The notes: generated from the sequence alone by a model not told the origin. A stretch of 41,362 nucleotides of DNA from a virus (IMGVR_UViG_3300022555_000015), one strand, 5' to 3'. Shown: positions 9,024-16,935, numbered from the stretch's first letter. Numbers and translations are program-made.

Positions 9024-9197
9024 ATGAACCTGCACGAACGCATTGCTGCCACCCTGGACTGGACCGTGGCCGAAACCCAAGGATTCTCCCTCCCGACCCT
9101 CCGAGAAATGGTCCGTAGCAAGTCCCCGAAACTCGCCCGGGAAATCTCCCTCGTCATCCAGGGCCCCCTCCTGATCCTCCCAAACCGACGATTCTAG
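9024..9197 (+). CDS. hypothetical protein (start revised from 9009)
   Basis: ATG 6 nt after motif; 57 aa. Confidence 0.7.
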   Translation: MNLHERIAATLDWTVAETQGFSLPTLREMVRSKSPKLAREISLVIQGPLLILPNRRF

Positions 9198-9224
9198 GGT
9201 AAGAAAACCCCCAACCAGAGTAAG
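9198..9224 (+). promoter_or_regulatory. degenerate bipartite motif; ATG 3 nt downstream
   Basis: cgattcta-GGTAAGAAA-N12-AGTAAG-cac-ATG(9228). Confidence 0.6.
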
Positions 9225-9227
9225 CAC

Positions 9228-9473
9228 ATGAACCGGAAGGTCCGATGGAAGGCTAAAGACTTGGCTAACCCCGAGTCCATCTGCATCCATTACCGAGAAG
9301 GCTACTACGATGTCATCCACGGCTGTGAATTGGACCGTCCGTACCAACGCTCTGTGGAGACACAACGGAACAGCCTGGACACACTAGCCTGCCAACCTAC
9401 AGGTAAGCTAGGTGCCGTCACAAGTGAAGCTCGGATGTTCTGCGAGTCACTCATCAAGAGTAAGAAGCCCTGA
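9228..9473 (+). CDS. hypothetical protein
   Basis: 81-aa ORF after motif. Confidence 0.65.
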   Translation: MNRKVRWKAKDLANPESICIHYREGYYDVIHGCELDRPYQRSVETQRNSLDTLACQPTGKLGAVTSEARMFCESLIKSKKP

Positions 9474-9474
9474 C

Positions 9475-10008
9475 ATGTACGGCACCTTCCCCCCAGCCTT
9501 CAAGAAGGTAATCAAACCCTACATCCTCAACCAACGGGTGGTTGACCTAGGGTGTGGTGACTGTGAACGTAGTACGATTCTCTTGGGAATGCACCCTGAG
9601 AGCATCATCGGTATAGACCAAGACCCAACTGCAAGGAGTGACATCCTCACCCATGCCATGTACTTCGGTAAGGCATTGGAGACTGTCAGGGAGTTCAAGC
9701 CTACAGTCACACATCTAGCTTGGCCTAGTAACAGAGAACTACCAGGGTTGATAGACCTACTTGTAACACACATAGTCATCTACGTGGGCTGTAATACCAA
9801 CGGAACCGTCTGTGGTGACCCCAGGTTATTCAGGTACCTAATCACTAGGGATGTTCTGGTCTACAAGCCCTTAATAACAAACACCCTGATCGTTTACGGG
9901 TGTGTGCTACCACACTCCAGACAGCCCTATTACGAAGAGCTAGCTGGACTGAACAACACTGACCGAGAAATGCCTTACAGTAATTGCTTAGATCAAGTTG
10001 ACTACTAA
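9475..10008 (+). CDS. class I SAM-dependent methyltransferase-like protein (start revised from 9412)
   Basis: VVDLGCGD motif I and IIGID motif II; ATG 1 nt after upstream TGA. Confidence 0.7.
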   Translation: MYGTFPPAFKKVIKPYILNQRVVDLGCGDCERSTILLGMHPESIIGIDQDPTARSDILTHAMYFGKALETVREFKPTVTHLAWPSNRELPGLIDLLVTHIVIYVGCNTNGTVCGDPRLFRYLITRDVLVYKPLITNTLIVYGCVLPHSRQPYYEELAGLNNTDREMPYSNCLDQVDY

Positions 10009-10219
10009 AACTGAGAGTGTAGTCATAGAGTAAGACCTAAAGGGTCGAGTCTGTAGGTTGAAGAATCTCAAAGCCGAAAGTGACCTTCGGCCTGTCGGAA
10101 TTCTTTACAGTTAGGTGTTTATAGGTTAAGATGAAGCTTCACACGGAGATGTATGAGCACAAATCCTGGTGACCTATGTAAGACCATACATATAGTGTAG
10201 TCAAATTGACACACCGAAA

Positions 10220-11005
10220 GTGAGGTTGGGTTTGGAACGTAAGATGTTTGGGGTGTCAAATGTATTGGTTGAACCCTGTGAAGCATTCATCACAGCGTTC
10301 TTAGGAGGGTCCGAGTTTTTCAATGCAAGGATAATCACTAGAAAGTCTCTTCGGCTTTACCAGCGTCATCCTGTTCGGCCCTTGGGTGAGCCTAGCCTGG
10401 ACCTGATCACGACGCTCAATTCACTTCATTCACGGGTGAGAGATATCTCACCGTTGACGGTGAATGGGAGGGTGTACGGGATTGACTTGGTGCATCGGGG
10501 GCATGAAGTGAAGAAGCTACTTCATGCTGGTTTTGGGGCCTACATGGCTAAGAGGGGGTATGAGCCTGAAGATGTACTCCAGGAAGTCTACAAGGGGATC
10601 ATAGCTAGGAACTATGGCAAGTGCCCATGGGATGCCAGCAAGAGTTCCTTCGGTCACTATGTCCACATGATCTGTCACTGTGTACTTTCGAACTATGCTC
10701 GGAAGATGAGACGCAGGGATCAGTTTGAGCATCTGGGGATGAGGGACAAGGATGGGGTGGAGACGGATGCAGGGGATCTAGCGGTAGAGGTAGCTGGGGG
10801 AGAACTGATGGATGAGTCAGTACTCCATGACATGTCTCTCTGGGTCCAGGGGGACTTGAGGCATCCTGAAGTCCCACTAGCGATCCTGCCTCTAGCTGCA
10901 CAGGGGTACGGTCGATCCGAGATTGCCGGTCTTACAGGGATGGAGGAAGCCACGGTGATCCAAGGGCTTCGGGAGTTACGGCAGTCTCTACGCAGGAGAG
11001 TGTGA
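10220..11005 (+). CDS. sigma-70 family (ECF-like) RNA polymerase sigma factor; start uncertain
   Basis: Region 2-like EDVLQEVYKG...WDASKSSFGHYVHMICHCVLSNYARK; region 4 HTH GYGRSEIAGLTGMEEATVIQGLRELRQSL. Confidence 0.8.
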   Translation: MRLGLERKMFGVSNVLVEPCEAFITAFLGGSEFFNARIITRKSLRLYQRHPVRPLGEPSLDLITTLNSLHSRVRDISPLTVNGRVYGIDLVHRGHEVKKLLHAGFGAYMAKRGYEPEDVLQEVYKGIIARNYGKCPWDASKSSFGHYVHMICHCVLSNYARKMRRRDQFEHLGMRDKDGVETDAGDLAVEVAGGELMDESVLHDMSLWVQGDLRHPEVPLAILPLAAQGYGRSEIAGLTGMEEATVIQGLRELRQSLRRRV

Positions 11006-11265
11006 TGTGGATACCGATAGCAGACTGGCTGGACTTAGTAGGGCCTGAAGGGTGTAGTGGTAAGCTAACAGCTTACGTTGACTCCCTGGACCTCAAGGGC
11101 TACCCCAACACGGTGCAGCTTCATGCTCATCTGGAGGTAGCTGTGACTCACTGGGTCAAGGACAGGATCATGGCTGGGGACATCCGAGTGCCCCTGCCCA
11201 GGATCGAAGTCCGTCTAGGAGATGACCCTAGGGTAGTCCTCATCGGTGTTGTAGCTATGGATTGA
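11002..11265 (+). CDS. hypothetical protein, family D
   Basis: GTGA overlap with sigma stop; MWIPIADWLDLVG...VTHWVKDRIMAG. Confidence 0.75.
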   Translation: MMWIPIADWLDLVGPEGCSGKLTAYVDSLDLKGYPNTVQLHAHLEVAVTHWVKDRIMAGDIRVPLPRIEVRLGDDPRVVLIGVVAMD

Positions 11266-11273
11266 GGGGGCTG

Positions 11274-11543
11274 ATGTGGACAGCTATCGGACCCTGGTTG
11301 GATCGTATCGGAGCCCCTGACCTGAAGGATGCCATCTATGAGGCTACTGAAGACATGTATCCAGGGGATCTCCTGGACGCTGGAGTCCAGGAGATTGTCC
11401 GCTACCGGGTGGCCCAATGGCTCGGTGAGCAAGTCATAGCTGGTAAGCTACCGGGCATAACCCGTCTCCTGGACCTACCTGAAGTAGTCGTCCGTCCAAG
11501 CTCCACTCCCTTCGAAGCCGTAGTCGGCATCGAAGAACCGTAG
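11274..11543 (+). CDS. hypothetical protein, family D
   Basis: MWTAIGPWLDRIG...VAQWLGEQVIAG; GAGGGG upstream. Confidence 0.75.
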   Translation: MWTAIGPWLDRIGAPDLKDAIYEATEDMYPGDLLDAGVQEIVRYRVAQWLGEQVIAGKLPGITRLLDLPEVVVRPSSTPFEAVVGIEEP

Positions 11544-11734
11544 CATGGGGCAGTCCAGACTTTCCCGACATACGGCATCCATTATCGAAAGGTCGATTGG
11601 ACCCCTGGTGCCAAAGGATACCTTCGGGGTCTAGGGTGGGTCCAGGGTGGGGGTCTATGCTACGGACTTCTGATTCGTTGGCAGGCAGCCTTGGAGGCAG
11701 AGCCAGCCGATGTGGGAGAGGGTGGTTTGGAGGA

Positions 11735-12007
11735 CTAGTCTCTCCTGACGAGATAGGCTTTTACCCCCAGGAAGTCGAAAGCGTAGAGGGTCTGTTCGGA
11801 CGGTTCATCACCTACTGGCCGATGTGTGATGTCCCTAGCTTCGTAGGTCTCTCCTTCCTTGGCCTGGACGTAGAGGGTGTAGTCACCCTGACCTCCGTGG
11901 TAGGAGAAGCGGTCTTGGATGGCCTTGAGGAAGGTTTCCCGTTCCTTGACACTATCTGGGTAGGGGACTTCGATGTACTCGGTTCCCTTGAGGGTGAGTG
12001 TAGTCAT
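11735..12007 (-). CDS. hypothetical protein
   Basis: 90-aa ORF, ATGA-coupled. Confidence 0.7.
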   Translation of the reverse strand: MTTLTLKGTEYIEVPYPDSVKERETFLKAIQDRFSYHGGQGDYTLYVQAKEGETYEARDITHRPVGDEPSEQTLYAFDFLGVKAYLVRRD

Positions 12008-12513
12008 GGGCCCTTCTTGTAGACGTAGATGGTCTTGAGTAGGCTGAAAGCCATCAGGTAGGCTTGGTTGTGGATTTCTTGCTCAGGGCTACAGCAAGCC
12101 GGGTTGTAGGGGAGGATAGCCGGGTCAGTGTCATCTGCACAAGAGATGTCCAGGGTGCTTGTGGTATCCACCTTGAGTTCGGCAACGAGAGCACTGTACT
12201 TTCCTGTGGCTACCTCTACTCCGTAGAGCACCCAAGACCCGCTGATGAACGTGAGTCGGTACTTGTTGCCAACTGAGAAGTAACGGTCATTGGTTGTTCG
12301 CTCCCAGTATGCCTTCCAAGGCTTCAGAACCTTGGGGGGCAACTCAGGCTTGGGTGGGGGAAGGATTGCTTCATCTTCCTCGGGCTTGCTATCCCCTTCG
12401 GTTTCCCACCAAGGACGTTCAATAAGTCCCTGGTTATTCACGAACTTGGTAGGCGGTGGGTCAGGGACATTCACCCGGTTCTTCCGACCCCGGTCATTGG
12501 ACCAGATCGCCAT
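12004..12513 (-). CDS. hypothetical protein (start revised to ATG 12513)
   Basis: TAATG overlap with upstream stop. Confidence 0.7.
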   Translation of the reverse strand: MAIWSNDRGRKNRVNVPDPPPTKFVNNQGLIERPWWETEGDSKPEEDEAILPPPKPELPPKVLKPWKAYWERTTNDRYFSVGNKYRLTFISGSWVLYGVEVATGKYSALVAELKVDTTSTLDISCADDTDPAILPYNPACCSPEQEIHNQAYLMAFSLLKTIYVYKKGP

Positions 12514-12860
12514 TAGCAAATTCTCTCGGGGATGATGAGGATGAGGGGAGTGTGCTTCAGGATTGCCTGAAGCACAACCGTGAGTTCTTCCAGGCTCCCG
12601 TGATGGTTACCCCAGCCGTTGACTCCCCAGAGTTCCTTCGGTACGGGCTTGGTACCTGTGTAGTTCCAAGGCGACCAACTCAGGTGGCTGTGACCCCCGG
12701 GGGTAAGATCGGACCACAACTCCAGGTTCACTTCCCCTGCCTCCCACTGAAGCCGAAGGGACTCACTACAGATGAACTCTCCAGCCTTGCTCGGCAGGGG
12801 CAATCCAGGCACTAGCCGCCGAAGGATGTTCAGGTGGTTTGTGGCTACGGGGATGCTCAT
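12513..12860 (-). CDS. hypothetical protein (start revised from 13061)
   Basis: First ATG after motif at 12880-12906; 115 aa. Confidence 0.7.
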   Translation of the reverse strand: MSIPVATNHLNILRRLVPGLPLPSKAGEFICSESLRLQWEAGEVNLELWSDLTPGGHSHLSWSPWNYTGTKPVPKELWGVNGWGNHHGSLEELTVVLQAILKHTPLILIIPERIC

Positions 12861-12879
12861 AGTAGGTCTCTCAACTCTA

Positions 12880-12906
12880 CTTACCGTGACCGGAGGGAAT
12901 CTTAAC
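12880..12906 (-). promoter_or_regulatory. bipartite motif; ATG 19 nt downstream
   Basis: GTTAAGATT-N12-GGTAAG-N19-ATG(12860). Confidence 0.85.
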
Positions 12907-12913
12907 TTGGAAT

Positions 12914-13228
12914 CTAGGGAGGGGGTTCGGGGAGACCGTAGGCGGTACGGATGACCTCGGGGCTCTTCAGGTAGGCTTCGTTGTCCTGGATCTGGGAGAG
13001 CACCAGGGGCTCCTTCATGTAGGGGACTGTGCCCTTTGGATGGCTCATGTTCTCCAGCCACATGTACTGCTTGTTGGAGAGGGCCAGCCAGAAGCCCACC
13101 CGTCGGCTGTGACTCGTATGGCCGGTGGTGAGGTACCAGTTGTCCTCCCCGTCTTTCTGGGTGCTAGCCGCCAGGGTGTAGATGACACCCTGGACCGCAA
13201 AACTGAGGGTGCGTGCCTTGAGCTTCAT
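12914..13228 (-). CDS. hypothetical protein (start revised from 13357)
   Basis: ATG 6 nt after motif; MKLKARTLSFAVQG. Confidence 0.75.
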   Translation of the reverse strand: MKLKARTLSFAVQGVIYTLAASTQKDGEDNWYLTTGHTSHSRRVGFWLALSNKQYMWLENMSHPKGTVPYMKEPLVLSQIQDNEAYLKSPEVIRTAYGLPEPPP

Positions 13229-13234
13229 GTTTTC

Positions 13235-13261
13235 CTTACCATTAGGTAGCAGAATCTTAAC
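13235..13261 (-). promoter_or_regulatory. bipartite motif; ATG 6 nt downstream
   Basis: GTTAAGATT-N12-GGTAAG-gaaaac-ATG(13228); contains the stop codon of the upstream gene. Confidence 0.85.
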
Positions 13262-13535
13262 TCCTGATCTTCGGCCGACACCGCATTTGGCCTGAGGGTC
13301 CCTCGGGGGCATCGGAGTTCTCCTGGCAGTCAGTGATAGGTAGGCACCCCATGTCAAAGAAGAACAGGATGACTTCCTCCAGGGTCGGGAACTGGGCTAG
13401 GGGGAACTCCTGGTAGCCTTCCCCTGCTTGCCTCTCACCACACAGGCACCAATGCTTACGGTTCCAGTTCAGGCAGTAACGGTAGGGCCGATCACGGTCG
13501 ATCTGCCGAGCGGCGAATGTGTACCGGGGGTTCAA
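13257..13535 (-). CDS. hypothetical protein
   Basis: 92-aa ORF, ATGA-coupled. Confidence 0.7.
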   Translation of the reverse strand: MNPRYTFAARQIDRDRPYRYCLNWNRKHWCLCGERQAGEGYQEFPLAQFPTLEEVILFFFDMGCLPITDCQENSDAPEGPSGQMRCRPKIRS

Positions 13536-13987
13536 TGGTACAGGATCTCAGAAGAGGCACCTACCCGGAAGGCATGGACCTCTACGCCTTCCAAGCTGTT
13601 GAAGTAGCCAGTCCAGGGCAGGTACCTGCCCTCCTTTTCGGCACGCTTCTCCATGGCACCACTCTCGATGTCAGTTTTGATGGAGAGTGCCTCTCTCTCG
13701 ATTTCAGTAGCCCTGAAGACTTCCCAATTGCCATGGGACGTGCCGAAGGTATCCCCGTCCCGGTAGCGAACGATCACTAGGTAGACCATGCTGGCCTTGC
13801 CTGTGTCTTCGGAGACTTCGATCTCTTTCACGCTAGGGTCAGGGAAGAAGGTCTTGGACTTCGGGGGCTCCCGGAACAGGCCCAGGAACGTGACCTTGGT
13901 GTATGCAGGCTCACGGTCGGAGAACTGTTCTTCGGTGAGTCTCTCCCCACCTGTGACATTCTCCTTGTAGGTCAGGTACAGCTTCAT
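13532..13987 (-). CDS. hypothetical phage protein (start revised from 14014)
   Basis: MKLYLTYKE...VIVRYRDGDTFG...WTGYFNSL. Confidence 0.75.
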   Translation of the reverse strand: MKLYLTYKENVTGGERLTEEQFSDREPAYTKVTFLGLFREPPKSKTFFPDPSVKEIEVSEDTGKASMVYLVIVRYRDGDTFGTSHGNWEVFRATEIEREALSIKTDIESGAMEKRAEKEGRYLPWTGYFNSLEGVEVHAFRVGASSEILYH

Positions 13988-13995
13988 GCTTGGTA

Positions 13996-14301
13996 TTACC
14001 CCTCTTCGATGCAATACATCTTGGGAAGCATCTCCAGGAGCAACTGGAATGCCCAGTTGTCCAGTTTCTTGCCCTCGGTGTTTGCCGTCTCATGGGGCAG
14101 ACGGGCAGGGTGCCAGTAGTCGTCCAGGACTACGATCTTGTCTTCAACGAGGGTCACCACATAGTTGCCGACGGTGTGGTCCAGATGAGGGACCCTGCCA
14201 CGGACACCCAGAGTCCAGAGGCCCGACTCCCACCACAGGCTGTAGTCCAAGCCTTGGTTACGCTGAAAGAAGTAGTAGTCCCTTGTTCGTCGGAGCTTCA
14301 T
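13996..14301 (-). CDS. hypothetical protein
   Basis: 101-aa ORF in co-oriented run. Confidence 0.7.
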   Translation of the reverse strand: MKLRRTRDYYFFQRNQGLDYSLWWESGLWTLGVRGRVPHLDHTVGNYVVTLVEDKIVVLDDYWHPARLPHETANTEGKKLDNWAFQLLLEMLPKMYCIEEG

Positions 14302-14305
14302 CTCA

Positions 14306-14563
14306 TCACCTGTGAACGCTGTACCTGGAATTCATCCCGTTCCGCATGAAGTCCTGGTTGCACTTCCGTGCCGTGACCCCGATTTCAAAGCTGTACCGGG
14401 CTTCCTCCTTGGCCCAGACTTTCAGTGAACTGCGGGTAGGCTTGATCAAGCCTGTCTTGACCTGTTTCTTCCCGCAGAGGCCACATAGCTTGCACTGATA
14501 GCCCCGTGACTCCATCGGAACAGGCACCCAATCATGGGGGCATTCAAGCTTGTCCATGGTCAT
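14306..14563 (-). CDS. putative zinc-ribbon protein, family J
   Basis: CPHDWVPVPME...YQCKLCGLCGKK; paralog at 30271. Confidence 0.75.
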   Translation of the reverse strand: MTMDKLECPHDWVPVPMESRGYQCKLCGLCGKKQVKTGLIKPTRSSLKVWAKEEARYSFEIGVTARKCNQDFMRNGMNSRYSVHR

Positions 14564-14757
14564 GCCCTCAAGTACGTCGTACAGACGGAAGGGGCACTGA
14601 GCACCTGCTTGGTGACCCCATCGTGACCGAAAAGAGCGATCACGTTCTTGGCCTGAAGGATCGTGGCATCCATCTCCGGGTCTTCCGGCATGGATGAAGG
14701 GTCCAAGTAGCAGAGGATGTTGTTGAGCAACAATGCCAGGGTGTGCGTGGTATCCAT
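14560..14757 (-). CDS. hypothetical protein
   Basis: ATG 6 nt after motif. Confidence 0.7.
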   Translation of the reverse strand: MDTTHTLALLLNNILCYLDPSSMPEDPEMDATILQAKNVIALFGHDGVTKQVLSAPSVCTTYLRA

Positions 14758-14763
14758 GGCAGT

Positions 14764-14790
14764 CTTACCTGAAGGTAACTGAATCTTAAC
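14764..14790 (-). promoter_or_regulatory. bipartite motif; ATG 6 nt downstream
   Basis: GTTAAGATT-N12-GGTAAG-actgcc-ATG(14757). Confidence 0.85.
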
Positions 14791-14800
14791 CTGGATTCGG

Positions 14801-14998
14801 CTACATCTTCGTTCTTTCCTGCTTACGGTCCAGAGCCCGCAGTTCAGCCAGATTGAGGGTGCTGAACAGTCGGGTATACTCGCTCATGGCTGCTTCGCAG
14901 TCATTGGTGTTACGTTCATAGGCCCGGATGTACTTCAACCAAGCCTTCAGTGTGGCCCGTACCTTGTCCTCATTGACCTCCAGGGCCATGTTACTCAT
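14801..14998 (-). CDS. small protein, helical module B-like
   Basis: LKAWLKYIRAYE...EAAMSEYTRLFSTLNLAE. Confidence 0.7.
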   Translation of the reverse strand: MSNMALEVNEDKVRATLKAWLKYIRAYERNTNDCEAAMSEYTRLFSTLNLAELRALDRKQERTKM

Positions 14999-15010
14999 GT
15001 CGGTACACCC

Positions 15011-15247
15011 CTACAGCTTGTCGGGGTCGAACGTGGACCGGGACCGTGCCACAACATCAGCTTCCTTGCCGAGCCCGGCAATGCGAAGAGCATCTTCCAG
15101 GCTTCCGTAGCGATCCGTCCAGCCCTTGGAGGTATACACCCTCCATTCGGTACGCTGGGCTGCATAGTCAATGCTGTACTCGATCAAACGGTCAAGCAGC
15201 ATCCGTAGGATCTTGCGGTGAAGGCCGATCTCAATGGTGGGGTCCAT
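15011..15247 (-). CDS. hypothetical protein (start revised from 15265)
   Basis: ATG 6 nt after motif; MDPTIEIGLHRK. Confidence 0.75.
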   Translation of the reverse strand: MDPTIEIGLHRKILRMLLDRLIEYSIDYAAQRTEWRVYTSKGWTDRYGSLEDALRIAGLGKEADVVARSRSTFDPDKL

Positions 15248-15253
15248 ACCTCC

Positions 15254-15280
15254 CTTACTACCCAAGGCACCGATCTTAAC
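15254..15280 (-). promoter_or_regulatory. bipartite motif; leftward member of a back-to-back pair
   Basis: GTTAAGATC-N12-AGTAAG-ggaggt-ATG(15247). Confidence 0.85.
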
Positions 15281-15303
15281 CTAAATTCGGTCACCGATTT
15301 CAA

Positions 15304-15330
15304 GTTAAGTTTCAGCCCTGCCACGGTTAG
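15304..15330 (+). promoter_or_regulatory. bipartite motif; rightward member of a back-to-back pair
   Basis: GTTAAGTTT-N12-GGTTAG-agaggc-ATG(15337). Confidence 0.8.
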
Positions 15331-15336
15331 AGAGGC

Positions 15337-15528
15337 ATGAGCCAGATGAAAGACCATTGGATCGTGGTGCTGAAGAACAAGCAGTACATCAAGTACACAG
15401 GCACCCCCTGTACCCTCACCATGTACCGGGAACTCGCCCACGGCTGGCACTACAAGAAGGAAGCCCAGGCCGAAGCAATCAAGTGGGGTGGTGCAACAGT
15501 GGAGCGACGGTTGACCCCCATCGTGTAA
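15337..15528 (+). CDS. hypothetical protein
   Basis: 63 aa, directly after motif. Confidence 0.75.
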   Translation: MSQMKDHWIVVLKNKQYIKYTGTPCTLTMYRELAHGWHYKKEAQAEAIKWGGATVERRLTPIV

Positions 15529-15532
15529 CAAC

Positions 15533-15664
15533 ATGGAACACGGACCCACCTGCAACTGCGAGGACTGCCACTGGGCACACGGAGAAGAAGTGTGCCCCTG
15601 CTGTGGTGTCCCCGTCAGTCAACTGACCCCTGCCTGTCAGGAAACGTCGGAAGAACAAGAGTAA
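15533..15664 (+). CDS. small Cys-rich protein (43 aa, not in ORF track)
   Basis: MEHGPTCNCEDCHWAHGEEVCPCCGVPVSQLTPACQETSEEQE; 4 nt after upstream TAA. Confidence 0.6.
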   Translation: MEHGPTCNCEDCHWAHGEEVCPCCGVPVSQLTPACQETSEEQE

Positions 15665-15666
15665 GC

Positions 15667-15945
15667 ATAGACTTCCATCTCTCAGGCTACGCAGGACCCT
15701 TCTTCAACTCCACCCTCCCAGGTCTGGTCAAAGCTATCAACCGGCTGGCAAAGGCCCTGGAGACCTCTAACCCCCAGGAGCCCAAGGAGCCCAAGGACGG
15801 TGATCCCCCCACCAATGACCGGGAGAAGCGGGTGATTGATACCCTCTGGACTACCCGGAACATCCTGTTCAACTCAGGCAACCCTGAGAATGAGGGCACA
15901 GTGAGGACCCTCAACCACATCTTGAAGCTCTACGGCCTAACGTAG
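15667..15945 (+). CDS. hypothetical protein, apparent ATA start
   Basis: taa-gc-ATA-GAC-TTC...; amphipathic FFNSTLPGLVKAINRLAKALE. Confidence 0.55.
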   Translation: MDFHLSGYAGPFFNSTLPGLVKAINRLAKALETSNPQEPKEPKDGDPPTNDREKRVIDTLWTTRNILFNSGNPENEGTVRTLNHILKLYGLT

Positions 15946-16042
15946 GTTCGTAGCACGGGTGGGGGCTGAAGTGGGGTTTGGACCCAGGCGGGATAGAGCA
16001 TTTGAAGCCCTGGAAGGGCTATGTGTGCTCCAATACTTCGGA

Positions 16043-16408
16043 TCAGTTGGGAAGGCAGACTTGATCCTGGACTTGCTGATGTAAAGGTAGGTAGTCTGCT
16101 ACAGTGATGAGCTCTGCTTTCCACCCAAGAGCACTGACCATGTGGTCCAGTACCTCTTGTGTAGGTTCACCATCCAAACGAAGACCCCTAGCTGCAAGAT
16201 TCAAGTAAAGAGCCTCACGAAGAACCACCCTAGGGCTCTCACCGATACGCAGCCCACCCAGAGCATGACCTTTCACACGGTAGAGTTTACCTTGCTGTGC
16301 AGCCTTCATTGCTATTTGTAAGGGTGGGGAAAACTTGGGGCCGAAGCGTGCAAGCACACCCTCAATGATTTGCCGCACCTGTGTCTCGGACAGCATGAGA
16401 TTTGTCAT
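16043..16408 (-). CDS. hypothetical protein
   Basis: 121-aa ORF, GGTAAG-ac-ATG upstream. Confidence 0.65.
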   Translation of the reverse strand: MTNLMLSETQVRQIIEGVLARFGPKFSPPLQIAMKAAQQGKLYRVKGHALGGLRIGESPRVVLREALYLNLAARGLRLDGEPTQEVLDHMVSALGWKAELITVADYLPLHQQVQDQVCLPN

Positions 16409-16706
16409 GTCTTACCTTTGTGAATAAAATCAAGTTAATCAAAGCCCCTCTCTACTACACAAATCAAGCCTCTTCAGGCATGTGTATAAATGACATCTGT
16501 GTACTCAGTGTGTGTGCTCAGTGTGGAATTTTGTTACCATAATATCTCGTCTCCTGTGAGGATTCAGGACATCCTGTAGAACCGTATAGAAAAGTAACCC
16601 AAGGAGTCCCATGGGCCGAAATAGTGACATTGAACCCGTGTTAAAATCGAGGTCCAATTTAGGTAATCAGGGGGCCTAAACCTACCTATGTAGGGTTGCA
16701 AGCACC

Positions 16707-16800
16707 GGACAAGGGGCTGGGACAAGGGACTGGGACAAGGCCCTAGGGACTAGGGACAAGGGACTGGGACAGGGGGCTGGGACAGGGGCTTAGGCCCTAG
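16707..16800 (+). repeat. G-rich imperfect tandem repeat (unit ~GGGACAAGGG(A/G)CT)
   Basis: GGGAC recurs 8 times; 11 tracts of 3 or more G in ~85 nt of non-coding DNA. Confidence 0.85.
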
Positions 16801-16935
16801 GTGTCAGTAAGCACCTGTAGTTGCAGGCAGATGGCTGGGGTCAGGCACCTAGAACCGCTGTATAAACTTTTGGGTTTCGAACTACAGATCAGTTTTCGGC
16901 TGTAGTCTGGGGCTGGAATTTTCCCAGCATATTCT

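Noticed and set aside
11544-11734. Possible small ORFs between converging gene blocks
   Set aside because: Only a 29-codon plus-strand ORF and start-less minus-strand frames; not supportable.
16411-16440. Additional promoter-motif copy before 16408
   Set aside because: GGTAAG is present but only 2 nt from ATG, the upstream element is degenerate (AACTTGATT) and the spacer is 11 nt.
16707-16800. CRISPR array
   Set aside because: Repeats are ~13 nt, contiguous, with no unique spacers; no cas genes.
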